Positions 8,862-19,627 of a DNA stretch of 64,000 bases are shown here, in pieces; within the stretch, counting starts at the first letter, position 1; every line of letters starts with the position of its first letter. The translations under genes were made by a program, and so were the position numbers. The notes beneath the pieces are model-generated. The model made no database searches. It was not told the DNA's origin and saw only the letters and a list, made by a program, of their open reading frames with translations. Source of the DNA: Candidatus Hydrothermarchaeum profundi (GTDB lineage: Archaea; Hydrothermarchaeota; Hydrothermarchaeia; Hydrothermarchaeales; Hydrothermarchaeaceae); contig MTMF02000009.1 of assembly GCA_002011125.2 (NCBI GenBank), forward strand, positions 192,001 to 256,000, written 5' to 3'.

Positions 8862-11800
8862 CTATTTTTGATACTCCCTCTTCAATACTAACACCAAAGA
8901 GCTGAGACGCGGAAGTCATTAAGTGCTCCCTAAGTGAAACGACTATGAACTGCGCTTCCTTTGATGAATTTTTAATAAGCTCAGAGACTTTTCGTATATT
9001 ATCATCGTCTAAGAACATATCTATCTCATCTAAAATATAAAATGGTGCGGGCTGATACCTCTGGATTGCAAATATAAATGATAGTGCAGTGATGGTCTTC
9101 TCTCCACCAGACATCAGCTCGATATACTGCGGATTTTTCCCCACCGGCTTAGCCTTTATCATCAGGCCTCCCTCTAGTGGATTATCCTCATCAAGCAAGA
9201 GATCGGCTGAGCCGCCATCAGATAACTGAGAGAATATTCTTCTAAAGTTCATAGCGATATTCTCAAAGGTCTCCATAAAAATATCCTTTTTCCTCTGATC
9301 TATTTCTTCCATCAACTTTTTTATGGCCTCTATTTCTTCCTCCAACTTTTCTACTCTCGAGTATATTTTATCATATTTTTCTTTAACGACCTCGTAGTCC
9401 TCTACTGCCCGCATGTTGATAGGTTCTAGGGAGGTTAACTCATATTCCATTTTCACAACTTCTTTCTCAAGCTCCACAGTATCTATCGGGGCAAGCAATT
9501 CTATATCCAAATCCTCATAGTCTTTAAGTCCTTCATTTATTCCGTCGAGTCTTGTGAGTACACGTGCCTCCTCAATTCTAGCGAGTTCAGACTTTCTTTC
9601 AATGCCTGATCGCTCTTCTTTTAAAGCTCTAACCTTTTCTTCTATTTTCTTTAATCCAGTAACCAGCTGGTTTCGTCTCTCTTTTAAACCTTTTATTCTG
9701 TTTATCACCTTGCTTTCTTCTTTCTTAAGTTCTCTAAGAGAATTATTCAGTTCTCCTAGCCTGCCCTGAACATCCCCAAGTAGAGATTCTTTTTCTAATC
9801 TCTCGGCCTCATTTATTTGCAACTCCTCTTCTAACCGCACTATCCTCTGTCCCAATATTTCATCGATCTTAGACTTATTTAACCTGATTTGGCCCCTCTT
9901 TTCCTCCCTTGTTCTCTCCAAGCTTTGAACCTTTGCCTCTAATTTTCTGATTTCTTTTATTACTATCTCGGCTGAAGAATCTTTTAGTTCTCTTTCAATA
10001 GATTTCTTCTGTTCTTCAAGATTAACAATAGATGCTCCTAGTCTCCTTATTTCATCTTCCTCTTCCTTTAATTTTAAAGAGAATTCTTTTAAAGTTCGCA
10101 TGAGTTCATTTGCTTCAGCTTCATGAGCAGTTAGAAAGTTTAAGATATCCTTCTTCTCCTCTTCAACACTCTTTACCTTCTCTGAAAGATTCTCTAGATC
10201 TCTTCTTCCATTATCCAATGATAAAGTTAGATCTTCAATTTCTTTTCTTATCTCTCCCTCTCTCAATGTGAGTTCTCTCTTCTTATCCCCCAGTTTCTTT
10301 ATTTCATCTTGAAGTTTTTCTACTTCTCTTTTAGTAGTATCAACTTCCTCAAAGCTTATGCCGGTTGGCTTATAGAATCCGCCACTCATAACGCCTGAAG
10401 GTTCAATCAAGTCGCCATCTAGGGTTACCATTCTAACTTCCCCTAGCCCCTCCTTCCTCGCGAATTTTACATCTTTAACCACTACGGTATTCCTGAATAT
10501 ATATGCGAAAGCCTCTCGATATTTCTCATCAAACTCTACTAAATCTACTGCAAAGCCATAAGACTTTTTAGCTACTTCTAATTCTTTCCTGTTTGGCTTT
10601 TTCACTCTTATCTTGTTAAGAGGTAGAAAAGTTGCTCTTCCAATCTGGTTTTGTTTTAAATAATTTATACATTTCTCTGCTGTTTCATCGTCGTCTACAA
10701 CTATAAACGTTAATCCTCCGCCAGCCGCAACTTCTAGTGCCTTTGAATAACTTTGATTCACCCTACCTAATTCTGAGATAGTCCCATAAACCCCCTTTAT
10801 TTTGCCTTCGTCCCTTAGTCTAAGGATAGCGTCAATTGCTTTATTAAATGAGAGCCTCTTTTGAGATATTTTCTCTAAGGCTTGATATCTTGCATTTAAT
10901 TTTGCAAACTCATCCAGCTTCAATTGCAATAGGGCATTTAGTTTCTCTATCTCACTTTTTAGTTCTACGTCCTTCTCAACGAGCATTAGCTTTTTAGAAT
11001 AATTCTGTTTAATTTCTAATTCTAATTGCTCGATTTTTTTCTTAGTATTCGACAAAAATTTATCTAATTCTAGGAGTTTTTTCTTTTTAAGATGTAATTG
11101 ATCCTGTAAATCTCTTAAAATTCTATCTTTTTCAGCTTTGCGCTCAGTTAAAATAGCATAATTTTTTTCTAACTCCAAAAGCTTAGCACGTTCCTCATCT
11201 AATTTTATTCTCACTTCTTCAAGTCTTTTCCTTCGCCTCTCAGATTCTTCATCTTCAGGCGATATTCGCTTATATTGGTCTTCAATCCGGCTTCTAAGTT
11301 TTTTTATCTCCCGGCTTATCTGATTATCTTCAACTATCAGCGCCTCATTTTCCTTTTCAAAGCTAGAAACCTGCTGCTTAGCAGCTTGAATATCGCTGAG
11401 TATCCTCTCCTTTTCAGTTATTAGTTTTTTAATATCACTTTCTAGAGAATAAGCTTTATCTTGTAAATATTTTATTTCATTTTTGAGCTTTTCTAGATTT
11501 TTAAATACTGAAAATTGCTCGGTTTCTTCTTTAATTATTATCTCTTTATTTATATTCTCTAATTCCCTCTTCTTTATATCTAATTTTATAGTGAGGGTTT
11601 CTATGAATTTTTTAAGTTTTTGTGCTCTCTTTCCTAATGCTTTTAGTTCTTTTTGTAATCTGTCTCTCTCCTCCTCGGCCTCTAATTTGCGAGAATAAAG
11701 TACTGTCCCTTTTGCTAGACGTATTTCCCTCTTTAAGTATTCATGACGTAAAGCGTCTTCTTTTTCCTTCTCCAACCTCTGGAGTTGTTCTTTAACTTCG

Positions 11801-12387
11801 TTTAACACAGCTCGAGTCTTCGAAAGGTTATTAGAGGTTTTCTCCAACTCTCGTAAGGCTTTTGACTTCTTTACATCATACTCGGCTATACCTGCTATCT
11901 CGTCAATAATCGCCCTCCTCTCAAGGGGACTCATCTCAATAATCCGCGTAATATCTCCTTGAAGAATTATGTTATGCCCATCCGGTTGTATCTTTGCTGC
12001 AGAGAGGATTTCAAGTATCTCCGACCTAGTGGTTCTTTTTCCATTTAGCTTATATATGCTATTTCCGGATGCATCCACAGATCTGTATATTTTTATTTCT
12101 TTCGGCTGAGAGGGTATTTCCATACCTGAATTATCCAGATATAGTGTAACTTCCGCCTTATCTGCAGGTTTACCTTTCTTCCCTCCATTAAAAATAAGGT
12201 CTGAAAATCTCTCGGCTCTAAGACTCTTAGCTGAACTTCTTCCTAATACGAAACATATCGCATCAATAATATTGGACTTCCCGGAACCATTCGGTCCAAC
12301 TATCGCAGTAAAACCGTCAGGAATAGGGATTGAGATTCTTTTAAAGGATTTAAAATTTCTCAAGCTTAATCTTGATATCTTAATCAT
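8830..12387 (-). CDS. smc: Chromosome segregation protein SMC
   Basis: GPNGSGKSN Walker A, long coiled coils, hinge (GRATFLPL, TLDGD...G.MSGG), MSGGEK signature, ILDEID Walker B. Confidence 0.98.
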   Translation of the reverse strand: MIKISRLSLRNFKSFKRISIPIPDGFTAIVGPNGSGKSNIIDAICFVLGRSSAKSLRAERFSDLIFNGGKKGKPADKAEVTLYLDNSGMEIPSQPKEIKIYRSVDASGNSIYKLNGKRTTRSEILEILSAAKIQPDGHNIILQGDITRIIEMSPLERRAIIDEIAGIAEYDVKKSKALRELEKTSNNLSKTRAVLNEVKEQLQRLEKEKEDALRHEYLKREIRLAKGTVLYSRKLEAEEERDRLQKELKALGKRAQKLKKFIETLTIKLDIKKRELENINKEIIIKEETEQFSVFKNLEKLKNEIKYLQDKAYSLESDIKKLITEKERILSDIQAAKQQVSSFEKENEALIVEDNQISREIKKLRSRIEDQYKRISPEDEESERRRKRLEEVRIKLDEERAKLLELEKNYAILTERKAEKDRILRDLQDQLHLKKKKLLELDKFLSNTKKKIEQLELEIKQNYSKKLMLVEKDVELKSEIEKLNALLQLKLDEFAKLNARYQALEKISQKRLSFNKAIDAILRLRDEGKIKGVYGTISELGRVNQSYSKALEVAAGGGLTFIVVDDDETAEKCINYLKQNQIGRATFLPLNKIRVKKPNRKELEVAKKSYGFAVDLVEFDEKYREAFAYIFRNTVVVKDVKFARKEGLGEVRMVTLDGDLIEPSGVMSGGFYKPTGISFEEVDTTKREVEKLQDEIKKLGDKKRELTLREGEIRKEIEDLTLSLDNGRRDLENLSEKVKSVEEEKKDILNFLTAHEAEANELMRTLKEFSLKLKEEEDEIRRLGASIVNLEEQKKSIERELKDSSAEIVIKEIRKLEAKVQSLERTREEKRGQIRLNKSKIDEILGQRIVRLEEELQINEAERLEKESLLGDVQGRLGELNNSLRELKKEESKVINRIKGLKERRNQLVTGLKKIEEKVRALKEERSGIERKSELARIEEARVLTRLDGINEGLKDYEDLDIELLAPIDTVELEKEVVKMEYELTSLEPINMRAVEDYEVVKEKYDKIYSRVEKLEEEIEAIKKLMEEIDQRKKDIFMETFENIAMNFRRIFSQLSDGGSADLLLDEDNPLEGGLMIKAKPVGKNPQYIELMSGGEKTITALSFIFAIQRYQPAPFYILDEIDMFLDDDNIRKVSELIKNSSKEAQFIVVSLREHLMTSASQLFGVSIEEGVSKIVGVELEEVAD

Positions 12388-12562
12388 TAGATTCCCCTTT
12401 TCTTATAATTATAATCTGCCTAGAAGGGTCAACCTCGATTTCTATTATATCATCCTTCTTGAAAGGATATTGGGAATCCCTTACAATAGCTGATGGAATT
12501 GTCACATACTGAGTATATGATTTTACACTTTGAATTATACGGCTTTTTTCTTTTAAAACCAT
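12380..12562 (-). CDS. AbrB/MazE-like small DNA-binding protein
   Basis: 60 aa with YVTIPSAIV...FKKDDIIEIEVD swapped-hairpin pattern; overlaps the smc start. Confidence 0.65.
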   Translation of the reverse strand: MVLKEKSRIIQSVKSYTQYVTIPSAIVRDSQYPFKKDDIIEIEVDPSRQIIIIRKGESND

Positions 12563-12621
12563 GTTTTTTCAATGTGAAAGTCACATATATATACCTTTCT
12601 AGCTCTGAGGATTATTTATAT

Positions 12622-13644
12622 TCAGCGTTTTATCAACAAAAGTAAGTAATACAGTTTTTCGCCGCTATGCCCTTTAAGTAGTTCGATATTAAAGCCCAGC
12701 TTCTCCGCATTCTTTTTAAATTCCCGCAGGTTTATCATTTTTATCTCCAATTCCTCAACCCAAGTATACGAAAATTTAACAGGAAATTTCTCTAACAGTT
12801 CATTATAGAGTGTGACTAATGCTTTTCCTCCCCTTGCTAGCACCCTCGAAATCTCTCTCAAAACTTCTCTAAAATTAGTGGAAATATGATTAAATCCAAA
12901 AAAGCATGTTACATATTCGACGGAGCCATCGTAGATTTCGAATTCTTTACGATGTGATAGATCATAGCATCTATTCATACTTCCGGCATTACCCTGTAGA
13001 AAGGTTATCTTACCTATGTCAGCACCCTGAGACTCCCAAAATAACTGAGCAAAATCTTTGTATATCTGAAATTCCGCCCTATTTTCCCTGAGGAATTCTT
13101 TGGCTTCTGGCCAATCTGGAAAAAGCTCAATATTAGTTCCCTCTATCCAGACCTTACCATCTCTATCGAAAAAAATTTTCTTAGTATACGAGTTATCTAA
13201 TGCAAGCACTCTACCTCTCTTTGAAAATAGTGGAGGGATCCAGCCGAAACCAGATGCAATATCTAAAATCTCTGCAGAATCTATATAATTAACAAATTCC
13301 TTTGCATATTTATAGTTTACATCGGGCTCAACTGCTATCTCCTCCCCAAAGAGAGACAATGAAACATCATTTCTAAAAGATTCTATCGAGGCATCGCCGG
13401 TTTTAATCCTTTTTAATTCTTCAAAAGATGACACAGGTATTGCATATCCTTCCTCCCAATATTCCATAATTCTCCTGAAATACCTCTTATCTTCTTCTAA
13501 TATTTCATCTAAAGGTGCAATAGAAACCGCTAATAACAGATCCTCTAAGATAGCGTCTTTGTCTTCCAGATAAGACTTTAGGACACGTAGAGATTTCTCA
13601 TTTAACAAAATAAACTCATCATGAAGTCCAAAAATCATAATCAC
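12622..13644 (-). CDS. Class I SAM-dependent methyltransferase with N-terminal extension
   Basis: ILDIASGFG motif I; LREISRVLARGG post-motif. Confidence 0.75.
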   Translation of the reverse strand: MIMIFGLHDEFILLNEKSLRVLKSYLEDKDAILEDLLLAVSIAPLDEILEEDKRYFRRIMEYWEEGYAIPVSSFEELKRIKTGDASIESFRNDVSLSLFGEEIAVEPDVNYKYAKEFVNYIDSAEILDIASGFGWIPPLFSKRGRVLALDNSYTKKIFFDRDGKVWIEGTNIELFPDWPEAKEFLRENRAEFQIYKDFAQLFWESQGADIGKITFLQGNAGSMNRCYDLSHRKEFEIYDGSVEYVTCFFGFNHISTNFREVLREISRVLARGGKALVTLYNELLEKFPVKFSYTWVEELEIKMINLREFKKNAEKLGFNIELLKGHSGEKLYYLLLLIKR

Positions 13645-14540
13645 GGCTCAGCCATTAAATGAGTGTACCCCTCAACTAATCCCTTAGCAAATCCATAACC
13701 TATATTCATAAATGCACTTCCGATAAACTCCTCCAATATGCCGCTCTTCCTATACGTGACTACTTTTGGTTCTCCTTTTATCCCCCCCATACGAGAAGCT
13801 ATCTCTATGGCTTTTTCTCTATCCCCAATTTCATCTACGAGACCTAACTCGGCTGCTTTAACTCCGGAATAAACTTTTCCCTCAGCTATAGATCTAGCAT
13901 ATTCTATAGAAAAATTTCTGTTACTAGCAATCTTCCATAGGAACTGATCATATATTTCAGAAACAACTTCCTCCATCATTTCTATTTCCTCATCTCTCAT
14001 AGGCCTATATCCAGTTGAAAAATCCTTAAATTCTCCTCCTTTTATAATCGTGAAATTAACCCCGATCTTGTCTAGTAGCTCAGAAAACTGGGGAAACACC
14101 GATATAACCCCAATACTACCAGTGATACTCGCTTTGTCAGCTACAATATAATCTGCAGAAGATGCTACATAATACGCTCCAGAAGTAGCCACCTCACTAA
14201 GCCACGCCACTGTAGGTTTTGATGTTCTTTCAAGCGCAGTAGCTATTTCTTCAGATGCAACTACAGAACCTCCTGGAGAGTTTATATCTATAACAATAGC
14301 TTTCACTGAGTCATCATTCTCTGCCTTTTTAAGTTGCTCCTTAAATTTAGCGGGGGTTACCCTAGACTCCGCAAAAAAACCCGTATCCTGAGAATAAGAG
14401 ATAGTTCCATAGAGAGGTATTACAGCCACCTTTTCTCCAAAGGCAACTCCCTCATGCTTTGAAAGTAGGTAGGCTCCTATAACCGATATACTAAATGTAA
14501 GAAATATAAGGACTAAGATGAATATTAAAACCCTTCTCAT
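13641..14540 (-). CDS. sppA: Signal peptide peptidase SppA (S49)
   Basis: INSPGGSV, ATSGAYYVA, TGSIGV motifs; N-terminal TM helix. Confidence 0.95.
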   Translation of the reverse strand: MRRVLIFILVLIFLTFSISVIGAYLLSKHEGVAFGEKVAVIPLYGTISYSQDTGFFAESRVTPAKFKEQLKKAENDDSVKAIVIDINSPGGSVVASEEIATALERTSKPTVAWLSEVATSGAYYVASSADYIVADKASITGSIGVISVFPQFSELLDKIGVNFTIIKGGEFKDFSTGYRPMRDEEIEMMEEVVSEIYDQFLWKIASNRNFSIEYARSIAEGKVYSGVKAAELGLVDEIGDREKAIEIASRMGGIKGEPKVVTYRKSGILEEFIGSAFMNIGYGFAKGLVEGYTHLMAEP

Positions 14541-14595
14541 ATCTCAAAAAATATAAATACAAATACATTTAAGTCTTTCTCACGGAGGTCGAAAC

Positions 14596-14817
14596 TTGGG
14601 AAGAGTAAGACAGACATTCATAAAAAGAACTGCGCTCGAGATAATCGAGAGACATCGCGATATTTTATCGCTAGACTTTAAAGAAAATCGAGAAGCAATT
14701 GAAAAAGTATTAAACATCGAAAGCAAAATAATAAAAAATAAGATAGCGGGCTATGTTACTCACCTATTAAAGGCTAAAAAAGCACTCGGACAAGAAAAAA
14801 GCCCAATTATTTCATGA
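14596..14817 (+). CDS. rps17e: 30S ribosomal protein S17e
   Basis: MGRVRQTFIKR...NKIAGYVTH. Confidence 0.95.
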   Translation: MGRVRQTFIKRTALEIIERHRDILSLDFKENREAIEKVLNIESKIIKNKIAGYVTHLLKAKKALGQEKSPIIS

Positions 14818-14842
14818 AAATCTTAAGAATGGGGAGATTAAA

Positions 14843-15730
14843 ATGGGCAAGTTTGAAGGTTGCTTTACTGCAATAGTAACCCCATTCAAGGGGACAGGGA
14901 TAAGAACACCGATAGATTGGGAGGGTTTCAAGAAACTATTGGAGTTTCAAAAGGAAAATGGAGTAGATGGCATAGTTGCGACTGGTACAACAGGAGAATC
15001 TCCAACATTATCCCATGAAGAACATAATGCGGTTATAGAAACGGCCGTAGAGAATTTTAAGGGAATCGTAATCGCAGGAACTGGATCAAATAGCACCTGG
15101 GAAGCTATAGAGATGACAAAGCATGCAGCAGATGTGGGAGCTACCGCATCCTTACAGGTAGTTCCATACTACAATAAACCTAGTCAAGAGGGACTTTTCA
15201 AACATTTTGGAGCTATAGCAGAGGAAGTAGATATCCCCCATATACTCTATAATGTCCCAGGAAGGACAAGTAAAGAAATAACTCCTGAAACTATGGCACG
15301 TCTTGCTGAAGAATATTCCAATATTATTGGGGTAAAAGAAGCATCTGGAAAAGAGGAAGTATGGAAAGGTATTCGTAAGCTGTGTGATGATGATTTCGTA
15401 ATATTATCAGGCAATGATGGAGACACCCTGAAGCTCATGCGAGATTACAGTGCTACAGGAGTCGTATCCGTTGCTTCAAATGTAATACCAAAAAGAATGT
15501 CAGATTTCGTTAAAATGGGGTTAGAAAAAGAATTCTCTTCTATGGAAAAAGAAAACGAGGTATTAAAAGAATTCTTCTCTGTGCTATTTATAGATTCTAA
15601 TCCTATTCCCGTAAAGGAGGCTATGAACATCCTCGGCCTACCGGCAGGGGGATATAGACTTCCATTATGCAAGACTACTACTGAGAATAAGAACAAGATA
15701 AACTCGGTTTTACAAAAGGTAATTCAATGA
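14843..15730 (+). CDS. dapA: 4-hydroxy-tetrahydrodipicolinate synthase
   Basis: GTTGESPTL, PYYNKP, LYNVPGRT, GVKEASG. Confidence 0.96.
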   Translation: MGKFEGCFTAIVTPFKGTGIRTPIDWEGFKKLLEFQKENGVDGIVATGTTGESPTLSHEEHNAVIETAVENFKGIVIAGTGSNSTWEAIEMTKHAADVGATASLQVVPYYNKPSQEGLFKHFGAIAEEVDIPHILYNVPGRTSKEITPETMARLAEEYSNIIGVKEASGKEEVWKGIRKLCDDDFVILSGNDGDTLKLMRDYSATGVVSVASNVIPKRMSDFVKMGLEKEFSSMEKENEVLKEFFSVLFIDSNPIPVKEAMNILGLPAGGYRLPLCKTTTENKNKINSVLQKVIQ

Positions 15731-16554
15731 TAAAAGTTGCTATCACGGGAGCCCTAGGGAGGATGGGCAGTAGTATAATAAAGACAGTATTAAGCCAAGA
15801 GGACATGGAGCTAGTAGCTGCCATTGAAGCCCCAGGAAATCCCAAAAAAGGAGAAGACATCGGAGAAATACTGGGTATAGGAAGAATGAATGTAAAGCTT
15901 TCAACAGCTGAACAACTTAAAGAAACCTTAAGATCTTCTATTCCTGACGTGCTTGTTGACTTTACAATCGCAGACGCAGCCGTAGAAACAGCTAAGATTT
16001 CTGCAAGGGAAGGTATAAACCTCGTAATAGGTACGACAGGATTTAGTAAGGAGCAGTTAAATGAGATAGAAGACGCAGTAAGAAAAAATAGCGTTTCTGC
16101 GGTAATATCCCCAAATATGGCCACAGGTGTTAACGTTTTTTTTAAAATTGCCCAACAAATGTCAAAAATCCTTGGGGACAGCTTTGACGTAGAGATAATT
16201 GAAGCTCATCATAAGCATAAGAAGGATGCCCCATCAGGCACCGCTATTAGAGTTGGAGAACTTATTGCTGAGGCTACTGGAAGAAATCTAGAAGAAGTAG
16301 GAGTATTCGGAAGAGGAAGGGGGATCATAGGAGAGAGAGGAAAAGAAATAGCATTTCACTCTTTAAGAGGAGGGGACATAGTAGGGGATCACACTGTTCT
16401 TTTTGCGGGAGCTGGTGAGAGACTAGAGTTAACTCACAGAGCACATAGCAGGCAGGCTTTTGTAAATGGAGCTATAAAAGCCATAAGATTTGTATATGAG
16501 AATAAGGGTCAGGGGAAAGTTTTTTCAACCTGGGATGTGTTAGGCATCAAATAG
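15727..16554 (+). CDS. dapB: 4-hydroxy-tetrahydrodipicolinate reductase
   Basis: GALGRMG, GTTGF, EAHHKHKKDAPSGTA. Confidence 0.96.
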   Translation: MIKVAITGALGRMGSSIIKTVLSQEDMELVAAIEAPGNPKKGEDIGEILGIGRMNVKLSTAEQLKETLRSSIPDVLVDFTIADAAVETAKISAREGINLVIGTTGFSKEQLNEIEDAVRKNSVSAVISPNMATGVNVFFKIAQQMSKILGDSFDVEIIEAHHKHKKDAPSGTAIRVGELIAEATGRNLEEVGVFGRGRGIIGERGKEIAFHSLRGGDIVGDHTVLFAGAGERLELTHRAHSRQAFVNGAIKAIRFVYENKGQGKVFSTWDVLGIK

Positions 16555-16564
16555 GGGGGAGGGT

Positions 16565-19228
16565 ATGCAGTGGTATAAAAGAGATATCCCAGATTGTCTT
16601 AGGGCACTTAATACCAGCGTAAGAGGTCTTTCAAACGAGGAGGCGTATAGAAGACTAGCTGAATTTGGACCAAATCAACTCGAAGAAGTTAAGAAAACCT
16701 CTCCGATAGGAATTTTTATAAGGCAATTTAAAAACCTTTTAATAGCCATATTGCTAATCGCTGTAACGGCTTCTTTTATTATCGGAGAAACCCTGGACGC
16801 TATCGTGATATCGATTATAGTTTTTTTTGTTGCTATATTAGGATTTATCCAAGAATTCAGAGCTGAGAAAGCCCTTGACGCGCTAAAAGCATTAACAGCG
16901 CCTAAAGCCAGAGTACTGCGGGATGGGAGAATAATAGAGATATTAGCTAAAGAAGTTGTTCCGGGAGACATATTAGTTCTTGAAACTGGAGACAAGATTC
17001 CCGCAGATGCACGTTTAATCGAGGCTGTAGAGCTAAAAGTGGATGAAGCTCCGCTCACAGGCGAATCTGTTCCTGTAGAAAAAAATGTAGCTCCAATTGA
17101 TAAGGACGTGGCAATTGGCGACCAACGTAACATGGTTTTCTCAGCTACAACAATCATCTACGGCAGGGGAAAAGCGGTCGTAACTTCCACCGGAATGAAC
17201 AGCGAGTTCGGAAAGATTGCCAAGATGCTTCAAGAGATAGAGGAGCCAAAAACACCCTTGCAGGAGCGATTAGACTATGTTGGTAAATGGCTGGGAATTG
17301 GAGTAATTATTGTCGTAGCGATAGTGGCTTCTCTTGAAATATTCATCCGAGGAGAACCTCCCTTTGAAATGTTTATATGGAGTATTGCCCTAGCCGTGGC
17401 CGCTGTTCCTGAAGCCTTGCCCGGAGTAGTAACCGGGGCTCTCGCTATAGGTGTTCAGCGAATGTCAAAGAAAAATGCTATAGTGAGGAGATTGCCTGCT
17501 GTTGAAACATTAGGTGCAACTACTGTGATATGCTCTGATAAAACCGGCACATTGACTAAAAATGAGATGGTAGTAAGGGAACTATATGTAGACAGAAAAA
17601 CAATAAGAGTAACTGGCGAGGGATTTGAGCCGGAAGGTAGTTTTCTTAGAGACTCAAAAGAGGTAGAGCCCGATGATACTCTAAAACTGCTTTTAAGAAT
17701 CGGAGCGTTATGCAATAACTCAAACCTGATTAAGAAAGACGGTTATAAAATTGAAGGAGATCCAACAGAAGGTGCACTTTTAGTTTCTTCTGCTAAGGCA
17801 GGAATATTTAGAGAAAGAGAAGAAGAAAAGTTTCCACGGATATGGGAGCTACCTTTTTCCTCTGAAAGAAAGCTAATGACAACGATCCATAGGACCTCAG
17901 AAGGCAAAATAATCGCATATGTGAAAGGGGCTCCAGAAGCCATACTGAATCTGTCGAGCCATATTTATGAATCGGGGGATGTTAAAGCCTTAACTGAGAG
18001 GGCCAGATCTAGAATCTTAGAAAAAAATGAAGAAATGGCCTCTAGAGCTTTGAGAGTACTTGCAATGGCTTATAGGGAACTGCCTGAGGCCATAGAATAT
18101 TCACCAGAATCTGTAGAAAAAAATCTTGTATTTGTTGGACTCCAAGGCATGATTGACGCTCCTAGAGAAGAAGCGATAAAAGCTATAGAAGTAACCAAAA
18201 GTGCCGGCATCAAAACAATAATGATAACAGGGGACAACAAAACCACGGCCATCGCAGTAGCCAAAGAAATGGGCATACTTGATAATGGCAAAGTAATTAC
18301 AGGCGCCGAGCTTGAATCTATGAGTGATGATGAGCTAGATAGAAATATTAAAGACATCACGGTCTGTGCTAGGGTTTCCCCAAGTCATAAAATTAGAATT
18401 GTCCAAGCCCTAAAGAATAACGGGCATATCGTCGCTATGACCGGAGATGGAGTAAACGATGCTCCAGCTCTCAAAAAAGCTGATATAGGCATTGCTATGG
18501 GCATCACTGGCACGGATGTTACTAAAGAAGCCAGTGACATAGTATTAGTCGACGATAATTTTGCTACTATAATAGCTGCCATAGAAGAAGGCAGGGTTAT
18601 CTATAACAATATAAAGAAGTATATCCTCTTTTTACTTTCCTGCAATATAGGAGAAATATTAGCCATGTTCTTTGCAGGGCTACTTGATTGGCCTTTGCCA
18701 TTATTAGCAATACATATACTATATGTCAACCTTGCTACAGATGGATTCCCGGCCATAGCGTTAGGCGTCGATCCACCAGAGCCTGATGTGATGAGAAGGC
18801 CCCCCAGAGACCCCAAAGAAAGCTTATTCAAGAAAATTAAAGCTTCCATTGGTATTATGAGCATATATATTTCAATAGCAATACTTTTAGTCTTCTATTG
18901 GGCCTTACAAAGAACAAATTTAGATATCACTCGCACCATAGTCTTTGCATCGTTGATTATGATTGAACTATTTAATGCTTATAATTGTAGATCAATAGAA
19001 CACTCCATCTTTAAAATCGGGCCTCTAAAAAATAAATGGTTGAATATAGCTGTAATATGGGAATTTATACTATTAAATATCATTATCTTTGTAGCTTTTT
19101 TCAATCCTCTACTGCATACCGCCCCCATTTCTCTTACTCAATACGCAGTGGTTTTCTCCATAGGTTTCTCTATAATCTTTTTTATAGAACTCTGGAAGAA
19201 GGTTGTCCAGCATCAAGTACGAGCTTAA
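16565..19228 (+). CDS. Cation-transporting P-type ATPase (type IIA, Ca2+-ATPase-like)
   Basis: TGES, PEAL, DKTGTLT, KGAPE, TGDGVNDAPALK, NLATDG. Confidence 0.93.
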   Translation: MQWYKRDIPDCLRALNTSVRGLSNEEAYRRLAEFGPNQLEEVKKTSPIGIFIRQFKNLLIAILLIAVTASFIIGETLDAIVISIIVFFVAILGFIQEFRAEKALDALKALTAPKARVLRDGRIIEILAKEVVPGDILVLETGDKIPADARLIEAVELKVDEAPLTGESVPVEKNVAPIDKDVAIGDQRNMVFSATTIIYGRGKAVVTSTGMNSEFGKIAKMLQEIEEPKTPLQERLDYVGKWLGIGVIIVVAIVASLEIFIRGEPPFEMFIWSIALAVAAVPEALPGVVTGALAIGVQRMSKKNAIVRRLPAVETLGATTVICSDKTGTLTKNEMVVRELYVDRKTIRVTGEGFEPEGSFLRDSKEVEPDDTLKLLLRIGALCNNSNLIKKDGYKIEGDPTEGALLVSSAKAGIFREREEEKFPRIWELPFSSERKLMTTIHRTSEGKIIAYVKGAPEAILNLSSHIYESGDVKALTERARSRILEKNEEMASRALRVLAMAYRELPEAIEYSPESVEKNLVFVGLQGMIDAPREEAIKAIEVTKSAGIKTIMITGDNKTTAIAVAKEMGILDNGKVITGAELESMSDDELDRNIKDITVCARVSPSHKIRIVQALKNNGHIVAMTGDGVNDAPALKKADIGIAMGITGTDVTKEASDIVLVDDNFATIIAAIEEGRVIYNNIKKYILFLLSCNIGEILAMFFAGLLDWPLPLLAIHILYVNLATDGFPAIALGVDPPEPDVMRRPPRDPKESLFKKIKASIGIMSIYISIAILLVFYWALQRTNLDITRTIVFASLIMIELFNAYNCRSIEHSIFKIGPLKNKWLNIAVIWEFILLNIIIFVAFFNPLLHTAPISLTQYAVVFSIGFSIIFFIELWKKVVQHQVRA

Positions 19229-19559
19229 TAGCTTTTACTTCTCCTTTAGGAGTAATTTTAAATTTTTCAACAAGATCACCTGTTTCTTCCTCAATTTCAT
19301 AAGCTACTAAAACTTCTCCCTTTTTACAAAGGAGGTCGAGGTCATCGAGTATAAGATGAAAAAGGGGGTGTTTTTTCTTTTCTGCATATTTAAACTTCAG
19401 GTGCTTAAGGCTTCTCGGGAGGTTAATACCAAAAATCTCGTCAACTCTTTTATCAATATTCTCTACCGCTCCCTTGATATCTTTGAAATGTAACTCTTTT
19501 TTAATTAGTAATACCAAAAGCCAAATATCTGGATTTGATAGCATAATGTTAATCCTCAA
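19182..19559 (-). CDS. Hypothetical winged-helix-like protein
   Basis: C-terminal FKITPKGE typical of wHTH wings; otherwise unrecognised. Confidence 0.5.
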   Translation of the reverse strand: MRINIMLSNPDIWLLVLLIKKELHFKDIKGAVENIDKRVDEIFGINLPRSLKHLKFKYAEKKKHPLFHLILDDLDLLCKKGEVLVAYEIEEETGDLVEKFKITPKGEVKAIKLVLDAGQPSSRVL

Positions 19560-19627
19560 AACTTAATTCTACTTAGGTAGAATTATTTGTATATTCCCTA
19601 ATGGGAAGCGGGTTATATACATTTATA

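Noticed and set aside
9300-11800. Low-complexity purine/pyrimidine periodicity
   Set aside because: Explained by Glu/Lys/Leu-rich SMC coiled coils.
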